Of a stretch of 64,000 bases of DNA, positions 20,295 through 29,416 are shown piece by piece. A model generated the notes under the pieces. That model had not been told where the DNA came from. It worked only from the letters and a program-made list of their open reading frames with translations, and made no database searches. The DNA lies in the NCBI GenBank assembly GCA_963727625.1, contig CAVSHR010000004.1, forward strand, positions 864,001-928,000, written 5' to 3'. The stretch's first letter is position 1. Every line of letters starts with the position of its first letter. A program made the translations under genes and the position numbers. This DNA comes from an uncultured delta proteobacterium (lineage in GTDB: Bacteria > Desulfobacterota > Binatia > UBA9968).

Positions 20295-21440
20295 TCAATC
20301 GTCGTTGGCGGCGACGTCGTAATCTCTATTCGGCGCGATGCCCCTTTTCGCCAACTCGGCTTCATAGGTCGGCCGGATCGCCGGATCTTCGTCGACGTAC
20401 TCGATCAGCGTGCCGCCTTGCCTGACCGATGTGTAAACGCCGGCGCGGATCGCCGCGACACGGATACCGAGCGGGTATTTGTGGCTGCCACAACGCAAAC
20501 CCAGTTGCAGCGCCGGTTCAGGGCCGGTGTTGAAGTGCTGATGAAACCAGTTGGTCGGCGGGCTGAAAACGCTGCCCGGCACCCAATCGACACGCACCAC
20601 CTGATCGCCGAAGCCGTTTTCATAGGGACGCGTCCCCAGATGGTTGGGCCACATCAGCGAATAGCCCTCCGAGCGCAGGATCACCAGGACCGCACCGCCA
20701 CCGTGAAAGTGCGCCTTGTGATAGCGTCCCACCGGCCACTCGGCGAGATGGCCGATCAAAATGTTCTCGGAAATTTCGAACTGGGTGATGTTGACACCGG
20801 CCCCCTTCTGCTCCTGGGCGTCGATCTGCGCCTGGCGCACGTCGGGAATAAAGTTGGTCTCCCAAATCCACTGCCTGTTGTTGGTTGCCAGATAACGCTC
20901 GTTGCTCGCTTCGAAGTAGAGGGGTTCGCCGTCGTAGCGATCGTTGAATGAAAAGTCGCTGTTAAAGACAAACTGCTCGTTGTGATAATGATCCAGTGCC
21001 ATCGGCGCCGTGGTGACCGCCAGAAACAGCGCCGGATCGCTGCCATAATTCATCAACCGGTGCAGCGTATTCAGCGGCGGTGAGAACAAGCTGCCCGCCT
21101 GCCACTGTAGATTCTGCGGCACGCGATCGCTCTGCTGAATCTCGGCGACCCCTTCGCCCGAGAAGATATAAACAATCTCTTCGTAGAGATGGCGCTCCGG
21201 CTCGGTGGCGGCACCGGGGGCAAGCCGGCCGACGTACACCCCGGTGATGCCTTCCAAGCCGCGCAGTTGGAGGTACGCACCCGCGCAGCCGAGCCGCTTC
21301 CACGGCTTGAGCGCGAGGCTGCGCACGTCGGTGACCCCGAAACCTTCGATGACCGGCACGCCCTCTTTTCCCATCCAGCGTTCGTAATAGGTTTTTGCCC
21401 GGGGCCGCGCGGCGCCGATTTTGACGACCTTAGAATCCAT
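20295..21440 (-). CDS. Bicupin protein, gentisate 1,2-dioxygenase-like #2
   Basis: RHLYEE, LFSPPLN, YHKAHFHGGG and WFHQHFN motifs; start overlaps the 3' end of the upstream UbiD. Confidence 0.82.
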   Translation of the reverse strand: MDSKVVKIGAARPRAKTYYERWMGKEGVPVIEGFGVTDVRSLALKPWKRLGCAGAYLQLRGLEGITGVYVGRLAPGAATEPERHLYEEIVYIFSGEGVAEIQQSDRVPQNLQWQAGSLFSPPLNTLHRLMNYGSDPALFLAVTTAPMALDHYHNEQFVFNSDFSFNDRYDGEPLYFEASNERYLATNNRQWIWETNFIPDVRQAQIDAQEQKGAGVNITQFEISENILIGHLAEWPVGRYHKAHFHGGGAVLVILRSEGYSLMWPNHLGTRPYENGFGDQVVRVDWVPGSVFSPPTNWFHQHFNTGPEPALQLGLRCGSHKYPLGIRVAAIRAGVYTSVRQGGTLIEYVDEDPAIRPTYEAELAKRGIAPNRDYDVAANDD

Positions 21441-22899
21441 ATTCTTTCCATCTCCTCTTGAGCTTGTCGGCCATTTCGATCGAGATCGCAGTTCCCACCG
21501 CGGGATAGCGGTTGCCGCCGTATTGTTCCTGCGGCTGCAACTGCCAGTTGATCGTCGCGTCAATCAGCACTCGAGTCCACGACCCATGCCCGTACTTGAC
21601 CGAATTGCGCGCCTCCAACGGCACGCTGGGATCGAGCATCGAACCGCTGGTGCCGGCGAAAAAAGAAATATCGCTCAAACCGGCATTCACCCGGTAACAC
21701 AGCGCCCACTCGATCGCCTCCCAATCGTGAATGTCGATATCGTCGTCGACGACGATCACATGCTTCGCCGCGTAATTTCCGAGGTGGCAGCCCCACAAAG
21801 CCGTTGCCACCTGTTGGGCATGGCCGCGGTGGGACTTACGAATCTGCACGCGCATGGTCTCGGGCCATTTACCGCGCCAAACTCCGGTAATATTGGGCAC
21901 ACCGGCCTGTTCGAGATAGTGCCAGGCCATCGCCGAGAAAGTCGCCGGCGTCCAGGTCGTCCCCTCGTTGGTCCGGCCGGGACTCGCGCCGGTGAGACAG
22001 CCGTGAAAAATCGGATCGTTGCGATGGCTAATGCACTCGACGCGAAGCGTATGTTTCGGCGATTTGCTGCCGCCATAATAACCCGGATACTCGCTGAACG
22101 GCCCTTCGAGGGTAAACGTCGTCGGATCAGCCGAGACATAACCTTCCAGCACGATCTCCGCGCGGGCGGGTACCAAGAGATCACTCAGTTCGCATTTGAC
22201 CAATTCCACCGGCGCGCCGCGCAGCGAACCCGCCATTTCATATTCCGGGTAACTCACCGGGGTTGACGCGGCCACGAAGAGCGTCTGATCCCAGCCGATC
22301 ACCACGGCCACCGGCATCTCCTGGCCGCGGTTTTTGTATTTGCTAAAGTGCTTGCCCCATCCTTGAGTCATTGCGAGCAACACGCCGATGCGATTTTTTC
22401 CGGTGATCATGCCGCGATAGGTGCCGCCGTTGAGCACGCCGGTATCCGGATCGCGCGTTACCACCGTGGCGGAGGTCATGACGTACCGGCCTCCGTCAAG
22501 CGGGTTCCATTTAGGCACAGGCAATTGAAAAAGATCCACCTCACCATCGCGCAAAATATTTTCCTTCACCGGTGCTTTGCTTACCATCACAGGCGGCAGC
22601 GGCCGGGAAAAGCGCTCTTTAAAGATCGGCACCATATCGCGGTAGCTGGTCGTTTCCGGCACACCGATAAAGCGGCAGACTCGTTCGCGTGTGCCGGTGC
22701 CGTTAGTAAACAAACGCCGGCAAAATGTGTTCTGATGGTCCTCAATATTTTCGAAAAGCAGCGCGGGACCCGATTGACTGGAGATCTCGCGCGTGATCGC
22801 GCCGATTTCCTGGTCCCAGTCGACTCGAGCGCCGATACGCTTCAGATCTTTGCGTTCTTCGAGATCGTTGATCCAGTCTCGCAAGTCTTCAAATGCCAC
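21430..22899 (-). CDS. UbiD-family (de)carboxylase #2
   Basis: DLRDWI, DGGRY, NGGTYR, EGPFSEYPGYY and VIVVDDDID motifs. Confidence 0.92.
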   Translation of the reverse strand: MAFEDLRDWINDLEERKDLKRIGARVDWDQEIGAITREISSQSGPALLFENIEDHQNTFCRRLFTNGTGTRERVCRFIGVPETTSYRDMVPIFKERFSRPLPPVMVSKAPVKENILRDGEVDLFQLPVPKWNPLDGGRYVMTSATVVTRDPDTGVLNGGTYRGMITGKNRIGVLLAMTQGWGKHFSKYKNRGQEMPVAVVIGWDQTLFVAASTPVSYPEYEMAGSLRGAPVELVKCELSDLLVPARAEIVLEGYVSADPTTFTLEGPFSEYPGYYGGSKSPKHTLRVECISHRNDPIFHGCLTGASPGRTNEGTTWTPATFSAMAWHYLEQAGVPNITGVWRGKWPETMRVQIRKSHRGHAQQVATALWGCHLGNYAAKHVIVVDDDIDIHDWEAIEWALCYRVNAGLSDISFFAGTSGSMLDPSVPLEARNSVKYGHGSWTRVLIDATINWQLQPQEQYGGNRYPAVGTAISIEMADKLKRRWKEYGF

Positions 22900-22974
22900 C
22901 GTCGGAACCCTCTTCTTCCAAGCCTATTGCCATCTATTGCGTCCTATTACCTGCTCCAAATCCATCGGGGGAGT

Positions 22975-23046
22975 CGGAGTACTGGAGTGTTGGAATGATG
23001 CATTCTTTAACCCGGTGCTCCAATATTTCATCACTCCAGTACTCCG
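22975..23046. repeat. Octamer-unit inverted repeat (REP-like hairpin)
   Basis: CGGAGTACTGGAGTG (22975-22989) / CACTCCAGTACTCCG (23032-23046), extended by degenerate units. A related degenerate copy lies at about 7615-7661. Confidence 0.8.
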
Positions 23047-23057
23047 GATAACCCACC

Positions 23058-24200
23058 CTACGAGCCGAGTAACTTGCGCGCGACAGCGGCTCCTGGTTCA
23101 CGAATTTTATAAACTTTTTCTTCAGATTGATTTTCCAGTTGGTGAAATTGCTCAAGGGTCAGTCCATCCTTTGCGGCGAGGACTCCGAACTCTCTGAGCC
23201 ACTTGGTATCGACGTCGAGTCGGCGCGAGCCGACGCCCATGCCGCGAGAAAAGAGTTCTTGACCCTCTCGGCTCAACAGCCAGTTTACGAAAACCTTGGT
23301 CGCGTTGGGATGAGGCTGTTTCTTAAAGATCATTAGATGACCGTAACCGCCGCTTACATAGAGCCCTTCGCTCGGAACCGGAAGCGCGGTGACCGGCAAT
23401 CCGGCCTTGATGAAAGGGAGGAATTCCGAATAACCGATGCCCGAAGTGACCGCGATTTTTCCCCTTGCCAAGTTGTCGGCAAGCAGGCGCAGATCCCGGG
23501 TGACAAACAACTTCTGCGCCACCAAGCGTTTCAAGAACTCTTCACCCTTGATGTAATTCATGTAAGACCACATGGACGAGCCGGAACCAGGGGTGCGCGG
23601 GTCGCTGATGCCGATCTTGCCGCGCAGTTTGGAATTCAACAGATCATCGAATGACTTGAACTCGCTCGGTTTGTAAAGATCGGCGTTGCTCCACAGACTC
23701 ACGGTTTGGTAGGCCACGAAGTTATAGATAAATTTCTTGGCGTTGTCGGCCCAAATATAGCCGCCCCACCACTGCTTGGGATCTCTGACTTCGGGGAGGA
23801 TAAAGAAAGGCTCCACGGGCTCAAGAACGTTCTCGGGCAAAAGCCCGGTAATGGCCGACTCGGTTCCGCCGATGTGAATGTCGAAATACTGTGCTCCGGC
23901 TTTGGCTTCATCGACCATTCTTCGGATGATGTTGCCGCCTCGAGCGGGAACGAACTCCACACCGATGCCATAGCGTTTGGGAAAAGACAGCTCCATCAGC
24001 TTGCGTAATTCAGCGCTCGGCGGGATCGAGGCGACGACTTTGCCTTCCTTCCGTCCCGCCTCGACGATCTTCTCCCAGTCTGCCGGCCTTGATTGCGCGA
24101 TGGCAAGGTGAGCGCTCAAACACGAACTCGCCAGCAGGAGCGGCACTAAGCGTTTCTTCAGCATCAACCCGATAAATCCTATGGGACTCATGTTTCTCAT
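23058..24200 (-). CDS. Extracellular solute-binding protein (AfuA/SBP_bac_6-8-like)
   Basis: Signal peptide; WEKIVEAGRKEGKVV, DPRTPGSG and PHPNATKVFVNWLLSREGQ motifs; GTGGGG RBS before ATG 24200. Confidence 0.88.
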   Translation of the reverse strand: MRNMSPIGFIGLMLKKRLVPLLLASSCLSAHLAIAQSRPADWEKIVEAGRKEGKVVASIPPSAELRKLMELSFPKRYGIGVEFVPARGGNIIRRMVDEAKAGAQYFDIHIGGTESAITGLLPENVLEPVEPFFILPEVRDPKQWWGGYIWADNAKKFIYNFVAYQTVSLWSNADLYKPSEFKSFDDLLNSKLRGKIGISDPRTPGSGSSMWSYMNYIKGEEFLKRLVAQKLFVTRDLRLLADNLARGKIAVTSGIGYSEFLPFIKAGLPVTALPVPSEGLYVSGGYGHLMIFKKQPHPNATKVFVNWLLSREGQELFSRGMGVGSRRLDVDTKWLREFGVLAAKDGLTLEQFHQLENQSEEKVYKIREPGAAVARKLLGS

Positions 24201-24213
24201 CCCCACAATCAAT

Positions 24214-24348
24214 TTAGTTGATCGAATTCTCGGCAAGTTCCATTGCCGGCTTGTGGTATTTCATCACCAGGTCCTCGGAATTATTCTCCAGTTCATTGAA
24301 ATTTTCGAGATCAACACTTCCATCGCCACTGCGTGGCCGTACTCTCGC
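24214..24348 (-). pseudogene. Orphan C-terminal fragment of a solute-binding-protein paralog
   Basis: Reads REYGHAVAMEVL/(frameshift)/LENFNELENNSEDLVMKYHKPAMELAENSIN*, aligning with KQFGHVAAKDTL..YDELENGSEEVIIKYRNPARQFAKKLLD* of the 24488-25606 gene. Confidence 0.75.
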
Positions 24349-24487
24349 TCTATTTTAGTCTTGCTATCGAAGCACCGCGCCTGAATGCGTGCCCACGACA
24401 TTCGCGCCGGTCAGACGGACCTTCAGTCCGCTCCGTAACCCAAGAGGCGCGAATTCGCTCAGTAGCTCAGCTTGCCGCACGGCGTCG

Positions 24488-25606
24488 TTAGTCGAGGAGT
24501 TTTTTAGCGAATTGCCGGGCCGGGTTGCGATATTTTATAATCACCTCTTCCGAGCCATTTTCGAGCTCGTCGTATCTCTTCGGTGTAAGCGTGTCTTTGG
24601 CCGCCACGTGGCCGAACTGTTTGGTCCAGCCAGTATCAACGTCGAGCCGGCGTGTCGGCTGGCCCAATGCTTTGGTAAAGACCGTCTGGCCTTTTTCAGA
24701 GAGTAGCCAGTTTACGAATAGTTTCGCAGCGTTTTTATGCGGCGCATCCTTGAGCAAAACGACGTTGCCGCTCCCCGAGGATGCGTAGAAACCCTCGCGT
24801 ATTTCCTTTATCGGTTTGACCGGCAATCCGGCCTTGATGAACGGCAGATAGGTATAATAAGAAACTCCGATCGACAGCGCCGATTTGCCCCTCGCTACGG
24901 CTTCACCCAACTGGCGCAGATTGCGCTCTACGGTCATGTCCTGCGCCACCAACTTGCGCAGATAATCTTCGCCCTTGATGCGCCAGAGAAAGGCCCAGGT
25001 CGATTCGCCCGAGCCGGGCGTGCGTGGATCAAGGATAGCGATTTTCTTTTTCCATTTAGGTTCCAACAAGCTGTCGTAAGAGCTGATTTCTTGGGGCTGA
25101 ACGAGACTCGCGTTGTACCAAATGGTCTCGGTCATGTAAGCAGTGAAGCTATAAACGTACCGCTTCGCATTATCGATCCAGAGATGGCCGCCCCACCAGT
25201 TTTTCTCGTCCTTAACTTCCGGCAAAACCATCGCAGGCATGACCGGCTCCAAAAGACCGGCTGCCAACAGACCTGTGATGATCGACGTCGTTCCACCGAC
25301 ATGAATGTCAACAGTATGAACACCGGCGTTGTTTTCGCCGATAATCTTTCTAATATTACTCGATCCGCGTCCAACGTTTAATTGCAGCTCGATTCCGGGA
25401 AATTGATTCTCGAAACCCGCTTCTAAGTCCTTGCGCAATTGGGCGCTGGTCGGAATCGAGACTACGACTTTGCCTTCCTTTTTTGCCGCGGCGACTATTT
25501 TTTCCCATTCCTGGCTTTCGCTAGCTCCGGCGATCACCGGAAAGGAATAGAACACCGACGCGATAAAAAGAACCGACACTGCGACTGCGACATTGCGTAT
25601 CATCAA
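24488..25606 (-). CDS. Extracellular solute-binding protein (AfuA/SBP_bac_6-8-like)
   Basis: Paralog of the 23058-24200 gene; WEKIVAAAKKEGKVV, DPRTPGSG and APHKNAAKLFVNWLLS motifs; AGGAGG RBS. Confidence 0.9.
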   Translation of the reverse strand: MMIRNVAVAVSVLFIASVFYSFPVIAGASESQEWEKIVAAAKKEGKVVVSIPTSAQLRKDLEAGFENQFPGIELQLNVGRGSSNIRKIIGENNAGVHTVDIHVGGTTSIITGLLAAGLLEPVMPAMVLPEVKDEKNWWGGHLWIDNAKRYVYSFTAYMTETIWYNASLVQPQEISSYDSLLEPKWKKKIAILDPRTPGSGESTWAFLWRIKGEDYLRKLVAQDMTVERNLRQLGEAVARGKSALSIGVSYYTYLPFIKAGLPVKPIKEIREGFYASSGSGNVVLLKDAPHKNAAKLFVNWLLSEKGQTVFTKALGQPTRRLDVDTGWTKQFGHVAAKDTLTPKRYDELENGSEEVIIKYRNPARQFAKKLLD

Positions 25607-25613
25607 TGACCTC

Positions 25614-25994
25614 CTATCCCAAAAGTTTTCTGGCGAGGGCTGCAGCTGGCTCGCGCAGACGGATGATCTTTTCTTCCGACTGATTCTCCCGTTTGTAAAA
25701 TTGCTCGATAGTCAAGGAATCCTTGGCCGCGTGAACGCCCATTTTGTTTAGCCATTTGGCGTCGACGTCGATGCCGTAACGCTTTTCGAACATCCTTTCG
25801 ATGGCGGTGCGAAGCCCCGTGCTCGCCGGAATCGAAACGACGACTTTCCCTTCTTTCTTGGCAAGCTCGATGGTTTTTTCCCACTCGCCTTGCGCGGCAG
25901 GCTTGGCGCTCTGCCCGGTCGCAATTGGGCAAGTGAACCCGAGCACCCCGACAATCACGAGCAGCGCGCGGACTTTTAGCTTATCCATGATCAC
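25614..25994 (-). pseudogene. Solute-binding protein with a large in-frame internal deletion (126 aa)
   Basis: N-terminus (..EGKVVVSIP..KRYGIDV) is joined directly to the C-terminus (DAKWL..ENQSEEKIIRLREPA) across TCGACGTCGA at about 25762-25771. Confidence 0.8.
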
Positions 25995-27112
25995 GCCGAC
26001 ACGGTTGCGTAGTCGAACTTCGGCATCTCCATCGGCACACCGATCTGCTCGATCGCCGCCTCAAAGTCGAGGCGAATTTGTGGATCTTCATCTTCGTATT
26101 CGATCATTGTGCCACCCTCGCGCACACTGGTGCGGACGCCTTCCTTGTTAATTGCCCGCCAGCAACCCAGCAGATATTTTCCCGACTGCCCGCTGTAGCG
26201 AAACGCCAATTGGCGCGCTTTTTCATTTCCGGTGTTGAAATGCTGGTGGAACCAGCCGCTCGGTGGGCTGAACACGCTGCCCTCGCGCCAATCGACTTTG
26301 ACGACCTGGTCGGCGCGGCCGGACTGATAGGGCCGAATGCCGGCTTCAGGCGGCCACATCAGCGTGTAACCCTGCGAACGAAGAATCAGCAGAATCGCGC
26401 CGCCCTGGTGAAAATGCGCCTTGTGATAGCGCCCCACCGGCCACTCGGCGATATGGCCGACCAGCGTGCTCCCGCCCATGTCGAAAGAAGTGATTTTTAC
26501 ACCATAACCTTTGGCCTCCGACGGATCGACGAGCGCGCCGCGCGCGTCGGCGATAAAATTGGTTTCCCAATTGATAAAGCCGCCGATCTCTTTGCGCAGG
26601 TTGGTTGGAACAAAATAATTTTTTTCGGCGTCGAAGCGGTCGTTAAATTTATAATCGCTGCCCGTTACAAACGGGATGTTGTGCAATAAATCGATCATCA
26701 AAGGCGCGCTGGTCACCGCGAGAAAAAATGCCGGATCCCTGCTGCCATTGATCATGCGGTGGCGGGTATTGAGCGGGATGGCGAAAAGGCTCCCCTGCTG
26801 CCATTCGAAGTGCATTTTTTTTTGCTCCTCGCCCGCCGACCAAATCTCGGTCGCGCCCACGCCTTTAATGATGTAAATCAATTCCTCGTAGAGATGATTT
26901 TCCGGATGGAGTGCGCCGCCGGGCGGAATTTCACAGACATACATCCCGGTGAAGCCTTCCATGCCCTTGAGATCGATGTATGCGCCGCTGCCGCCGGTGC
27001 GCGGCCAAGGCTTGCGCGCTAAGACGGTCACGTCCTCGACACCGTAGCCTTCGACCACCGGAATCCCTTCTTCCTTGAGCCACTTTTCGTAACTGGTTTC
27101 GCGCTTCGCCAC
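25991..27112 (-). CDS. Bicupin protein, gentisate 1,2-dioxygenase-like #3
   Basis: NHLYEE, LFAIPLN, YHKAHFHQGG and WFHQHFN motifs. Confidence 0.82.
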   Translation of the reverse strand: MAKRETSYEKWLKEEGIPVVEGYGVEDVTVLARKPWPRTGGSGAYIDLKGMEGFTGMYVCEIPPGGALHPENHLYEELIYIIKGVGATEIWSAGEEQKKMHFEWQQGSLFAIPLNTRHRMINGSRDPAFFLAVTSAPLMIDLLHNIPFVTGSDYKFNDRFDAEKNYFVPTNLRKEIGGFINWETNFIADARGALVDPSEAKGYGVKITSFDMGGSTLVGHIAEWPVGRYHKAHFHQGGAILLILRSQGYTLMWPPEAGIRPYQSGRADQVVKVDWREGSVFSPPSGWFHQHFNTGNEKARQLAFRYSGQSGKYLLGCWRAINKEGVRTSVREGGTMIEYEDEDPQIRLDFEAAIEQIGVPMEMPKFDYATVSA

Positions 27113-27114
27113 GG

Positions 27115-28698
27115 TCAGTGTCCTTTCATGGGTTTGGATTGGAAATATTCGCCCTGAGCCACTTTTTCGGCCAAACGATCGTCTTCGTCATCCCAGAGTC
27201 CGAGCGGATAGCCGTACCAAGGCATCTTCAGGTTCAGCTTGGGCATCTCGCTGTCCTGCCAGATCCGGAGCGCCTTCTCCATGTAGCGCCTCTTTGGCAA
27301 ACCCACCGGCGGGAATGGCCCTTTGCGCGTAGCGTCGATGAGCAACCCTGAACAACCCACCGCGCCGGGAAAGCTCCGCTCCTCCCGACCGCGCATCAAA
27401 GAGTGAGCCGAGGGATCGAGCAACGGCACACGGCCGGTGATGATTTCCGCATCCTGATGCGGCTGCATGGCAAAGCTCATCGCCCACATCACCATGTCGG
27501 GGTCCTTGGGATCAATGTCCTCGTCGACGGCGATGATCATCTTGCTGGTGGGGTCCATGCCCGCGGCGGCGTGGAGCGCCTGCTTCGGCTTGCTCGGGTG
27601 AGTCTTCTTCATCCGAATCACCCACCAGTTCCAGCCGCCGCCCATCTCAGGACAGCTGACTTCGAGCACTTCCGGGATCGCGCAACCATAACGCAGGTGG
27701 TTGTAGAGCATCATTTCCCGGCAGGTGCGAGAGATCCCGTTGGACTCGCTCGGCGGCAAGCCAACGAGTATCGCCGTGAAGATCGCATCGCGCCGCATGG
27801 TGATTGCCTTGACATCGATCACTGCGCGAAATTCACGCTCGACCATCAAATAACCGGGATAATCGCTGAATGGCTCGCCGCGCTCCTTGCGGTCAATCGA
27901 GATTTCTCCTTCGATGACGATCTCGGCGTCGGCGGGAACTTCCAGTGGAATCGTTTTGCATGGGACGACGTCGACCGGGCGGCCGCGAATGCCGCCGGCA
28001 ACAGCGAGCTCGTCGACGCCGTAGGGGAGATTTGCCGCGGACACGAAATTGATGTCCGGCAAAGCACCGAGCACAATCGCTACGGGCAGCGGTTCATTGC
28101 GGCTAACGGCACCGCGATGATGATAAAGAATTGCGTGGTGGGTAGGCGCGATGCCGGCGATGAGCCGGTCCTCGCCACGGAAATGGCCGCTGTACATACC
28201 GACGTTGCGCATGCCGGACTCGGCATCCTGGGTGATGAACGGTGCGGTGGCCCGGATGCCTCCGCTGAAACCGGGCTCTTCTACAGGCGCAGGTAAGCCG
28301 GTGACGCCAAATTTTTTCAGCGCTTCTCCCGCATAAACAACCTCATGGACCGGCGCGCCGGCGACGCGCCGCGGTTCAAAGGGCTTCGCTAGCGCGTGGC
28401 GCCACTTTTCATAGATGTCCATGGGATCGTCGCAACCCAGCCCCAACGTGGCGATGTCTCGCGACGACCCGTACATACCCGTAGCGACCCTGATGTCGTA
28501 GCGACGACCCCGGCTGTCGACGACGTTTTCAAACAAAAAAGCTTGCCGCTTATCGTCGGGAATACCACGGTATTGCAGGCGCATGAGCGGCATCAGTTCG
28601 GTGTCTTTATTGATCGGCTGCGGCCAGCGATGCAATTTGCCGTGTTTTTCGAGCTCGTCCAGGTACGCACGGAAGTCGTCATAATAAGGGCGGGCCAT
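27115..28698 (-). CDS. UbiD-family protein #3 with non-canonical active-site motifs
   Basis: DFRAYL, AEIVIEGEI and IIAVDEDID are present, but NVGMYS replaces YR and GEPFSD replaces EGPFGE. Confidence 0.85.
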   Translation of the reverse strand: MARPYYDDFRAYLDELEKHGKLHRWPQPINKDTELMPLMRLQYRGIPDDKRQAFLFENVVDSRGRRYDIRVATGMYGSSRDIATLGLGCDDPMDIYEKWRHALAKPFEPRRVAGAPVHEVVYAGEALKKFGVTGLPAPVEEPGFSGGIRATAPFITQDAESGMRNVGMYSGHFRGEDRLIAGIAPTHHAILYHHRGAVSRNEPLPVAIVLGALPDINFVSAANLPYGVDELAVAGGIRGRPVDVVPCKTIPLEVPADAEIVIEGEISIDRKERGEPFSDYPGYLMVEREFRAVIDVKAITMRRDAIFTAILVGLPPSESNGISRTCREMMLYNHLRYGCAIPEVLEVSCPEMGGGWNWWVIRMKKTHPSKPKQALHAAAGMDPTSKMIIAVDEDIDPKDPDMVMWAMSFAMQPHQDAEIITGRVPLLDPSAHSLMRGREERSFPGAVGCSGLLIDATRKGPFPPVGLPKRRYMEKALRIWQDSEMPKLNLKMPWYGYPLGLWDDEDDRLAEKVAQGEYFQSKPMKGH

Positions 28699-28734
28699 TT
28701 GCGGAAATTCCTTTCGGAGCCGAGTGAACGTTCT

Positions 28735-29004
28735 CTATTTCAATAGCAAGTGCGCGATTTTTTTGCCGGCTCGCGGACCTTATCGAGCTTTTCTTCCGAT
28801 TGACTTTCCACCTGTAAAAATTCTTTGACTGACATCCGATCCTTGGCGGAAATCGATACCGTGACCTTGCCCGCTTTTCTCGCCCGGCACTTTTCCCCAC
28901 TCTGATTGGCACGCCGATTTACGTGATTGCGCGTCGAGTCGAAGCGGTATTAAGAGCGTTGCGAACAACAGCAGATAAAAACAGCGGGGGATCAAAACCG
29001 TCAT
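28735..29004 (-). pseudogene. Internally deleted, frameshifted solute-binding-protein remnant
   Basis: Signal peptide and AQSRK..EWGKV, then ARKAGKVTVSI fused to SAKDRMSVKEFLQVESQSEEKLDKVREPAKK, then a frameshift to IAHLLLK*. Confidence 0.72.
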
Positions 29005-29289
29005 GGTTCGGAAAATCTTTCCAGTGTGAGGCTTGTCAATCAACTGCTTCACCGGCTTTTGATCTGGCACTCAAACCTGGGCTGGATAGAGAATTATTTA
29101 TAGACAAACATTTCATATGTCAAGTAATTTAGCCGAAAGATTTAAGGCAATTGCGAATGTCACGGCAAGAATAGCCCGCGCGAAGTTAAACTTTTAGACA
29201 GCCTGCGACCCTCGTCGTGTGTCCGCGCTGTGCCTTGCCGATTCAGCGTTATTTAGGGAGGATTTTTATTGCGAAGCTTAAGGAAGGAA

Positions 29290-29366
29290 TGGAGCGGGTG
29301 ATCGGGGTCGAACCGACGACCTTATGCTTGGCAAGCATACGCTCTAGCCAACTGAGCTACACCCGC
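29290..29366 (-). tRNA. tRNA-Gly (GCC)
   Basis: GCGGGTGTAGCTCAGTTGGCTAGAGCG-TATGC-TTGCCAA-GCATA-AGGTCGTCGGTTCGACCCCGATCACCCGCTCCA; cloverleaf with encoded CCA, downstream of pgsA. Confidence 0.97.
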
Positions 29367-29376
29367 GTCAGTGTTT

Positions 29377-29405
29377 TTTCTACCTGAAGCAGATGGTTTT
29401 GTCAA
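29377..29405 (-). promoter_or_regulatory. sigma70-like promoter of tRNA-Gly
   Basis: TTGACA-17 bp-TAGAAA, about 10 bp upstream of the tRNA. Confidence 0.6.
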
Positions 29406-29416
29406 TTTCAGCGCTG

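Noticed and set aside
22923-23046. CRISPR array or coding repeat
   Set aside because: Only three degenerate 10-mers and one inverted repeat; no repeat-spacer periodicity and no cas genes anywhere in the window.
17354-29366. Genomic island integrated at the tRNA-Gly 3' end
   Set aside because: No integrase, and I found no duplicated tRNA 3' end by eye; the cluster's composition looks native.
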